Assembly (NCBI GenBank): GCA_017537345.1 | Contig: JAFYKY010000004.1 | Span: 43,126 to 107,125, forward strand | Direction of reading: 5' to 3' | DNA: 64,000 nt | DNA from: Clostridia bacterium | GTDB lineage: Bacteria > Bacillota > Clostridia > Oscillospirales > CAG-382 | In this document: one piece after another, positions 58,168 to 64,000 of the stretch | Layout: each line of letters opens with the position of its first letter | How positions within the stretch are numbered: the first letter of the stretch is position 1 | Program-made: the position numbers and the translations under genes | Notes under the pieces: generated by a model | Database searches by the model: none | What the model was told of the DNA's origin: nothing | What the model saw: the letters and a program-made list of their open reading frames with translations, nothing else

Positions 58168-58803
58168 ATGAAAAAAACAAAAATGCTTTTTATCGGCGCC
58201 GGCTTTATCGCGGCATTCGTATTGTGGACAGTTCTTGTAAGCTTTGTTGACGTTCGTGCAATCGGTCCAAACGAAACAAGTGTCGGTTTTGCCGGTCTGA
58301 ATGGCTGCGTTCACGACCTCACGGGAGTGAATATGCGTTTGTACCTTATCACAGATTGGCTCGGTCTTGTGCCGATAGCTGTTTCTCTCGGATTTGCCGC
58401 GCTCGGACTTGTACAATGGATAAAAAGAAAAAGCATATTCAAGGTTGATCGAAGTATTCTTGTCCTCGGAGGATTTTATATCGTTGTTGCGGCGGTGTAC
58501 TTTCTCTTTGAAACGGTGATCATTAATTACAGACCGACTCTCATCAACGGTTTCCTTGAAGCTTCCTATCCATCGTCAACAACCATACTCGTTACGAGTG
58601 TGATGCCAACGGCAATGATGCAGCTTCGCGCTCGTATTAAGAACAAAATACTCAAACTATGTGTAATAAATAATGTTGGCGCGTTTATTGCCTTTATGGT
58701 TATAGGCAGACTCGTATCTGGCGTGCATTGGATAACCGATATTATCGGCGGCACCCTCGTCAGCGCAGGTCTTGTAATGATCTATGCTTCGGTAAGTGAA
58801 TAA
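58168..58803 (+). CDS. PAP2-superfamily membrane phosphatase-like protein
   Basis: YPSSTT (PSGH-like motif 2) and SGVHWITDIIGG (SRxxxxxHxxxD motif 3) in a 6-TM protein. Confidence 0.55.
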   Translation: MKKTKMLFIGAGFIAAFVLWTVLVSFVDVRAIGPNETSVGFAGLNGCVHDLTGVNMRLYLITDWLGLVPIAVSLGFAALGLVQWIKRKSIFKVDRSILVLGGFYIVVAAVYFLFETVIINYRPTLINGFLEASYPSSTTILVTSVMPTAMMQLRARIKNKILKLCVINNVGAFIAFMVIGRLVSGVHWITDIIGGTLVSAGLVMIYASVSE

Positions 58804-58845
58804 AAACAGCCGATGAGGAATCGAAAGAAACCTCATCGGCTTTTA
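58804..58845. terminator. bidirectional terminator
   Basis: AGCCGATGAGG-AATCGAAAGAAA-CCTCATCGGCT followed by TTTT. Confidence 0.6.
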
Positions 58846-58857
58846 TGTTGGCAATTT

Positions 58858-59511
58858 TTATCTGACTACCGAAGAATGACTGTAGATATAAAACTCCTCC
58901 TGGCTGGGCATCCATTTCTTTTCCTTTGGCGGAAATGTGGAGTCAAACGCCTCCACGGCGGAAACGTCCTCACAGCAGTCTGCGGCGGTTGAAGGGATAT
59001 ACATCCACTTTTTACCGTCCAGCACTCCCGTAACAAGCTCCGCGACCAGCAGGGCGGTAGGGAAGTTGCCGTCAAAAACAAAGCTTACGTTCTTCTTTTT
59101 ACAGCTCACGAAACCTCGGCTTACGTAATTGCCCGGATTTCCGAAGTTTATATTCACATCGTAGCCCATCCTGCGCGCCGCCTCAAATGAATGCTCAATA
59201 AGCAGCTTGCCGAGCTTCTGTCTTTGGTATTCGGGGGCAACGCAAAGGGGGCCGAAGGAAAGTATCTCCTTGCGTTTGCCGCTTTCATCCTCAAGCCACG
59301 CTTTGGTATACATAATGCTGCCGACGATTTTGCCGTCCTTTTCAAGCACGAAGGCAAGCTCGGGGATAAAATCGGGGTGGTTACGCATCGTATGCACATA
59401 GTAATGCTCGTCCGCGCCGGGCTTGTAGACGTTCCAGAACGCTTCGCGGGTAAGCTCTTCAACTGCTCTGTAGTCTTTTTCCGTTTCCAAGCGTATCGTA
59501 ATATTTTCCAT
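58858..59511 (-). CDS. GNAT family N-acetyltransferase
   Basis: QRQKLGKLLIEHSFEAARRMGYD motif A. Confidence 0.65.
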   Translation of the reverse strand: MENITIRLETEKDYRAVEELTREAFWNVYKPGADEHYYVHTMRNHPDFIPELAFVLEKDGKIVGSIMYTKAWLEDESGKRKEILSFGPLCVAPEYQRQKLGKLLIEHSFEAARRMGYDVNINFGNPGNYVSRGFVSCKKKNVSFVFDGNFPTALLVAELVTGVLDGKKWMYIPSTAADCCEDVSAVEAFDSTFPPKEKKWMPSQEEFYIYSHSSVVR

Positions 59512-59512
59512 T

Positions 59513-60067
59513 TTAAGATCCTTTCATCACTTTTATAAAACGAAACATCTCGTCGGGACCTTCGTCGGGATCGTGTTCGTCATCGTGCGTTTCCTGCTCG
59601 GGCTGAAAATGTTCGCACCGGAACTGATCAATCTGAAAACCGCACTTGTTCACGTAAAAATGAATGTTACGCTTTTCAAAATAGGGTGTGCAGGTCTCCC
59701 AGACTTCCGTTTCGGGATGGAGCGCCTCCACCGCCAGCCACGCGCCGTAGCCGATACCTTTGCTGTGCTCTTCGGGGGAAACGAACAGTATTTCCAGATG
59801 GTTGTGGTGAGTTTCCTTGTCTATTTTCAAAATCACACCGCCCGCACTTTTGCCCTCCGCAAAGATACGGTAGGTTTCGTTTTGCGGATCGTCAATGCAC
59901 CTTTCAATAGTGCTTCTGGAGATGATCTCCCCGTCGCCGTCGATATGATCGTCCCGCTCGCCGAACTCCTGCATTGCGCCGTACTTGAACGACCATTGAT
60001 TATCAAGAATAAACTGCTCTCTGTCTTCGGCTGTCAGGGGAACGAGCGTTACTTTCGTATTCTTCAT
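59513..60067 (-). CDS. GNAT-fold acetyltransferase-like protein with acidic C-terminus
   Basis: AGGAGG RBS at ATG 60067. HSKGIGYGAWLAVE motif. C-terminal DDEHDPDEGPDE. Confidence 0.45.
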   Translation of the reverse strand: MKNTKVTLVPLTAEDREQFILDNQWSFKYGAMQEFGERDDHIDGDGEIISRSTIERCIDDPQNETYRIFAEGKSAGGVILKIDKETHHNHLEILFVSPEEHSKGIGYGAWLAVEALHPETEVWETCTPYFEKRNIHFYVNKCGFQIDQFRCEHFQPEQETHDDEHDPDEGPDEMFRFIKVMKGS

Positions 60068-60322
60068 AAAATCCTCCTTTAAAAGCAAAAAACTCCGGCT
60101 ATTGCGCGCACAATAACCCGAGCTCACTCGGACACCTAATCCGGCTTACGAGCGCTACGGCGCTCCGCCTCCGGTGACCATATCCGTTTTTATAATTTTA
60201 TCACAAAAACTCCAAAAAGTCAACCGCCGCCGCTTTGGTACAAATATATTGAAAAAACCGCAGAAACGTGTTACAATAATTAAGCAAAATACTAACCCGA
60301 ACGTTAAATTTGTAAGGTGTAT

Positions 60323-61072
60323 ATGAACCGATATCTTAAAAACCTGAATAAAATAGAGTTCGTCGTGACATACGCCTGCACGGGGCGTTGCAAGCACTGC
60401 TCCGAAGGGGAGCACCCGTCCTGCGGTGAGCGTATCGATCCCCGGATCGCCTCCGATGCGGTGCGTAAGATAGCGGCGGAGTACGATATCAAAACAGTTA
60501 TGACCTTCGGTGGCGAGCCGCTTTTGTATACGGATGCGGTTTGCGCGGTAATGACCGCCGCCAAAGAGCTGAATATCCCAAAACGGCAGGTCATCACCAA
60601 CGGCTGTTTTTCAAATAATGCCGATAAAATCCGCGAGGTGGCGGGAAAGCTTGCGGAATGCGGCGTAAACGATCTGCTGTTATCGGTGGATGCGTTCCAT
60701 CAGGAAACAATACCTCTCCACGTTGTAAAGCAGTTTGCAACGGAAGCAAAGAATTGCGGCATCCCCATCCGTCTTCAGCCCGCGTGGCTGGTGAGCGCTT
60801 TTGATGATAATCCCTACAACGTAAAAACGCGGGAGATCCTCGGCAGCTTTGCCGAACTTAATATTCCCGAAAACGAGGGGAACGTCATTTTTCCGGAAGG
60901 CAACGCGCTTAAATATCTTGCGGAGTATTTTACGGATACGCTTCCCGAAAATCCGTATACGGAAGACCCCTGCGACCTGCGTTGCGTGTCCTTCGAGCCA
61001 AACGGCAACGTCCTCGGCGGCAACGTGTACGAGCGGGACATTATGGAAATTATAAAGGATTACGCTCCTTGA
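60323..61072 (+). CDS. radical SAM protein (small, no SPASM domain)
   Basis: CTGRCKHC = CxxxCxxC about 20 residues from the N-terminus. Glycine-rich FGGEPLL SAM-binding motif. 250 aa. Confidence 0.65.
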   Translation: MNRYLKNLNKIEFVVTYACTGRCKHCSEGEHPSCGERIDPRIASDAVRKIAAEYDIKTVMTFGGEPLLYTDAVCAVMTAAKELNIPKRQVITNGCFSNNADKIREVAGKLAECGVNDLLLSVDAFHQETIPLHVVKQFATEAKNCGIPIRLQPAWLVSAFDDNPYNVKTREILGSFAELNIPENEGNVIFPEGNALKYLAEYFTDTLPENPYTEDPCDLRCVSFEPNGNVLGGNVYERDIMEIIKDYAP

Positions 61073-61082
61073 AGGAGAAAAT

Positions 61083-61850
61083 ATGACCAACCAAGAAATT
61101 TTAAAAATTGCTATGGCGCAGTCTGCCGTCGATCTCTCGGCAGATGCGGGGGATTTTGAAAAGAGCGTAAACGTGGTCGTCACCTCATACGAAAGTGACG
61201 GCGCGAGGCGGTATTTAAAGCTTCCGTTTTCCTGCCAGCTCGTGTCCTACGGAAACAACGCGGTAGCGTCGGTGTCACCCGAATTCCGCGGGATCACAGA
61301 AAATTACATAAACAAATATCCCGCGGAGCATCTGTTTGAAACGCCGCATCTGCACGTATTGAATGAGGCGCTGATGGCAAAAGGACAAAAAATATGCTTT
61401 ATGGCGGAGTATTTCCTGCCGGATGTGAATATCCTGCGTGCGCTTGATTGCGCCTATGAGCTTCGCGTTCTCACGCAATCCGATTTTGCCGAGCTGTATC
61501 TGCCCGAATGGTCAAACGCCCTTTGCAAGGACAGAAAGCACCTTGACGTGCTTGGCGTTGGCGCGTACGATAACGGACGGCTGATCGGTCTTGCAGGTTG
61601 TTCTGCCGATTGCGATACTATGTGGCAGATCGGTATCGACGTGCTTCCCGAATACCGCAGGCTGGGGATAGCATCCGCTCTCACAAGCCGTCTTGCCATA
61701 GAGATCCTTAACCGCGGCAAAGTGCCGTTTTACTGCGCCGCCTGGTGCAACGTGAAGTCTGTCCGAAACGCCATAAAAAGCGGTTTCCGTCCCGCGTGGG
61801 TGGAAATGACGGCAAAATCCATTGCTCTGGTGGATGGGATGAACGAATAA
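61083..61850 (+). CDS. GNAT family acetyltransferase (C-terminal GNAT domain)
   Basis: AAGGAGAAAA RBS. LPEYRRLGIASALTSRLAIE motif A in the C-terminal half. Confidence 0.55.
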   Translation: MTNQEILKIAMAQSAVDLSADAGDFEKSVNVVVTSYESDGARRYLKLPFSCQLVSYGNNAVASVSPEFRGITENYINKYPAEHLFETPHLHVLNEALMAKGQKICFMAEYFLPDVNILRALDCAYELRVLTQSDFAELYLPEWSNALCKDRKHLDVLGVGAYDNGRLIGLAGCSADCDTMWQIGIDVLPEYRRLGIASALTSRLAIEILNRGKVPFYCAAWCNVKSVRNAIKSGFRPAWVEMTAKSIALVDGMNE

Positions 61851-61870
61851 GTATTATACGGAGGTCTGCT

Positions 61871-62521
61871 ATGCTTGAAAAAATGAGCGATTTCTTTGAA
61901 GCCCGACTGAACGGATACGACGAGCATATGCTGAATGATATCGAGTCCGCAACCGAATTTTATACCTTTACGGCAAAGCAATTACCGACCGCCGAAAACT
62001 GCCGTCTGCTTGATCTGGGGTGCGGCACGGGCTTGGAGCTTGAGGAATATTTTAAGCTGTGCCCCTCGGCAAGGGTAACGGGAATAGACCTTTCAAAAGG
62101 GATGTTGGCAGAGCTTGAACGAAAATTCACAGACAAGGCTATTACGTTGGTTCACGGCTCGTATTTCGACGTACCTCTCGGCAAAGACGCGTTCGACGCA
62201 GCCGTATCGGTGGAAAGTCTGCACCATTTCACAAAAGAGGAAAAGATCCCGCTTTATTCAAGATTGCGTACGGCGTTGAAGAGTAACGGATATTTTATAC
62301 TTACAGACTATTTCGCCCCGTCCGATGATGAGGAAATTATGCACAGACAAAATTTGAACTCATTGAAAGCGGAGCAGGGGATTGCGGATAATGAATTTTA
62401 CCATTACGATACGCCGCTGACCGTAGAACACGAAAAAGAGGCGCTCCTTGAAGCAGGCTTTTCGTCTGCCGATGTCTTGAACCGCTGGGGAGCAACGTAT
62501 ACTATCAAGGCGGTTAAATAA
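61871..62521 (+). CDS. class I SAM-dependent methyltransferase
   Basis: GGAGGT RBS. LLDLGCGTGLELEE motif I. ITLVHGS motif II. Confidence 0.7.
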   Translation: MLEKMSDFFEARLNGYDEHMLNDIESATEFYTFTAKQLPTAENCRLLDLGCGTGLELEEYFKLCPSARVTGIDLSKGMLAELERKFTDKAITLVHGSYFDVPLGKDAFDAAVSVESLHHFTKEEKIPLYSRLRTALKSNGYFILTDYFAPSDDEEIMHRQNLNSLKAEQGIADNEFYHYDTPLTVEHEKEALLEAGFSSADVLNRWGATYTIKAVK

Positions 62522-62540
62522 AATATAAGGAGATATAATT

Positions 62541-62933
62541 GTGAAAAGAGTACTTGGTTTTCTGAAAAAAGCATCGGTTTATTATCTGGCAACAGTTGAG
62601 GGCGATCAGCCCCGCGTGCGCCCCTTCGGCACGGTAAACGAGTTTGAGGGTAAGCTCTACGTTCAGACTGGCAAGGTCAAGCCCACCTCAAAGCAGCTTG
62701 CCGCAAATCCCAAGGCGGAGATATGCGCCTTTACGGATGGCGCGTGGATCCGCGTAGCCTGCGAGCTTGTGGAGGACGACCGCTTCGAAGCCAAGAAATC
62801 TATGCTGGATGCATATCCCAACCTCCGCGGTATGTACGACGAAAACGACGGCAACACCCAGGTGTTCTATATGCAGAACGCCACGGCGACTGTATGCTCC
62901 TTTGGCAAAGCTCCGGAAATCGTGGAGTTTTGA
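62541..62933 (+). CDS. pyridoxamine 5-prime-phosphate oxidase-like FMN-binding split-barrel protein
   Basis: GTG start with AAGGAG RBS. VYYLATVEGDQPRVRPFG N-terminal strand pattern of the PNPOx-like family. Confidence 0.6.
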   Translation: MKRVLGFLKKASVYYLATVEGDQPRVRPFGTVNEFEGKLYVQTGKVKPTSKQLAANPKAEICAFTDGAWIRVACELVEDDRFEAKKSMLDAYPNLRGMYDENDGNTQVFYMQNATATVCSFGKAPEIVEF

Positions 62934-63091
62934 TCATTACCAAAAAACAATACGCCGCCATCGCCGAGGGCGAACCGCAGAGATTAGAGCATAACGATAT
63001 CAAATGGATCACGCCGAGCGAGATCCCGAATTACGACTTCTGCCCGGCGGATGAGGAAATACTTGCAAAGATTTGCGAGGTATACAAATGA
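62933..63091 (+). pseudogene. possible C-terminal remnant of a NUDIX-like gene (no start codon)
   Basis: A 52-codon in-frame tail ITKKQYAAIAEGEPQRLEHNDIKWITPSEIPNYDFCPADEEILAKICEVYK resembles NUDIX C-termini. Upstream in this frame runs out of frame through the PNPOx gene. No usable ATG/GTG plus RBS. Confidence 0.25.
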
Positions 63092-63462
63092 AGAATTACG
63101 AAACCGAAGCTCGCTCTCGTTGGGGCGCCACCGACGCCTACCGCGAGCACGAGCAAAAGACAAAGAATTACACAAAAGAAAAGTGGCGTGATACAAACGA
63201 TGGCTTAATGGCGATCTTTGCCGAGTTTGCTACGCTCAAAACCAGCGGTGCAATTGCCGATTCAGCCGAGGCACAGGCGCTTGTCGCAAAGCTTCAGGCG
63301 TACATCACGGAGAACTACTACACCTGCACCGACGAGATCCTTGCAGGTCTTGGCAAGGTGTACGTTGCCGACGAGCGATTCAAAAAGAATATCGACAAGT
63401 ACGGTGATGGAACTGCAGAATTTGTGTCAGAAGGGATAAGAATATATGTTGAAAAGAAATAA
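63088..63462 (+). CDS. TipAS-type antibiotic-recognition domain protein (MerR C-terminal effector domain, standalone)
   Basis: GAGGT RBS. WGATDAYREHEQKTKNYTKEKW...YVADERFKKNIDKYGDGTAEFVSEGIRIY matches the TipAS/Mta C-terminal domain pattern. Confidence 0.55.
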   Translation: MKNYETEARSRWGATDAYREHEQKTKNYTKEKWRDTNDGLMAIFAEFATLKTSGAIADSAEAQALVAKLQAYITENYYTCTDEILAGLGKVYVADERFKKNIDKYGDGTAEFVSEGIRIYVEKK

Positions 63463-63847
63463 ACGATTTTTCCTCACGCTTCTCACTCTCGCGTTACCGT
63501 TTGGATGCGTCGGGTGCGTATCGGATGGTGGCTCTGCAACCTATGAACAGATCAGCGGAGCGGAAGCCAAGGCGTTGATGGACAGCGAGAGTGGATATAT
63601 CATCCTTGATGCGAGGGAACAGTATGAATACGACGAGGGGCACATCCCCGGAGCGACTCTTATTCCTTATGGCGAAATTGCTGACCGCGCTGAAAAGGAG
63701 CTTCCCGACAAGGATCAGTTGATTCTCGTCTATTGCCGAAGCGGCAGAAGAAGCAAAATCGCAGCCGAAGAGCTGGTCAAGCTCGGTTATACCAACGTCA
63801 AGGAGTTCGGCGGCATCATCGATTGGAAATATGAAATTGTGAAATAA
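63446..63847 (+). CDS. rhodanese-domain lipoprotein, paralog of 49402-49800
   Basis: Lipobox-like FGCVGC. LILVYCRSGRRSKIAAEELVKLGYTNVKEFGGIIDWKYEIVK is near-identical to the other copy at protein level. Synonymous sites are diverged. Confidence 0.7.
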   Translation: MLKRNKRFFLTLLTLALPFGCVGCVSDGGSATYEQISGAEAKALMDSESGYIILDAREQYEYDEGHIPGATLIPYGEIADRAEKELPDKDQLILVYCRSGRRSKIAAEELVKLGYTNVKEFGGIIDWKYEIVK

Positions 63848-63871
63848 AATGTGTTATGGTGAGGTAACAGT

Positions 63872-64000
63872 ATGGCATTCAAACTGATCGACATAGAAAA
63901 TTGGGAGCGCAGGGAGTTCTATGAGCACTTCATAAACGAAGTGGTCTGTACTTATTCCGCCGTTGTCAACATCGATATTACCAATCTCAAAGGGCAGAAG
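63872..64000 (+). CDS. chloramphenicol O-acetyltransferase-like (CAT family, type A) protein, 5-prime partial at window end
   Basis: GGTGAGGT RBS. N-terminus KLIDIENWERREFYEHFINEVVCTYSAVVNIDIT matches the conserved CAT N-terminal motif (W-R-E-F-HF...CTYS..V.LDIT). Confidence 0.7.
   Translation, partial: MAFKLIDIENWERREFYEHFINEVVCTYSAVVNIDITNLKGQK

Noticed and set aside
62723-63091. 122 aa ORF called in the six-frame track
   Set aside because: Its first two thirds overlap the PNPOx gene out of frame and look non-protein-like. Only the last 52 codons are meaningful (reported as a possible remnant).
1-64000. CRISPR arrays, tRNA/rRNA genes, transposases, integrases, phage genes
   Set aside because: Scanned intergenic regions and ORF translations. 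No direct-repeat/spacer arrays, no tRNA-like cloverleaf signatures in the short intergenic gaps, and no DDE/tyrosine-recombinase-like ORFs were seen. The accessory-looking regions therefore lack evidence of recent mobility.

Overview
This 64 kb window is a gene-dense stretch of a Gram-positive anaerobe chromosome, probably a Clostridia / Oscillospiraceae-like Firmicute. It is about 50% GC with Shine-Dalgarno-led genes and many sigma-A type promoters. It encodes roughly 75 protein-coding genes. I see no rRNA, tRNA, CRISPR array, transposase or integrase.

Housekeeping content:
- a CUT1 sugar ABC transporter (two permeases and a binding protein, with no ATPase of its own) and an orphan MsmK-like ABC ATPase about 35 kb away
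- a T-box(Trp)-controlled standalone trpB
- a nucleoside catabolism operon in the order deoC-deoD-deoB-cdd-pdp
- a long-form PPi-dependent phosphofructokinase
- thioredoxin
- M28, M42 and M3B peptidases
- an NfeD-flotillin pair

Accessory-looking content:
- eight XRE-family HTH regulators with different C-terminal domains (including two TPR-containing regulators of 388 and 206 aa)
- two DHHW-family lipoproteins with acidic linkers
- discoidin (F5/8 type C) domain lipoproteins next to a GH-like protein and a CotH-family protein
- a sigma-70/ECF-like factor with a roughly 370 aa C-terminal extension beside a DUF11-repeat protein
- an orphan type IV pilin-like protein with a Cys-rich domain
- a tandem paralog pair of membrane proteins flanking a zinc-ribbon membrane protein just downstream of flotillin
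- a radical SAM-GNAT-methyltransferase-PNPOx cluster embedded in a GNAT-rich region
- a chloramphenicol phosphotransferase-like P-loop protein, a TipAS-domain protein and the 5 prime end of a chloramphenicol acetyltransferase-like gene at the window edge
- duplicated rhodanese lipoproteins

Several intergenic hairpin motifs recur. One is AAATCACCTC...GAGGTGATTT. The other is TTTCTCGGGGACCCCGA(A/T)AAAA. They look like shared terminator or REP-like elements.

The best candidates for uncharacterized biology are the paralog/zinc-ribbon membrane module next to flotillin, the extended sigma factor with DUF11, the rSAM/GNAT/MTase cluster, and the F5/8-lipoprotein/GH-like/CotH operon. Every functional call is a family-level inference from motifs read by eye. 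I could not run a database search.
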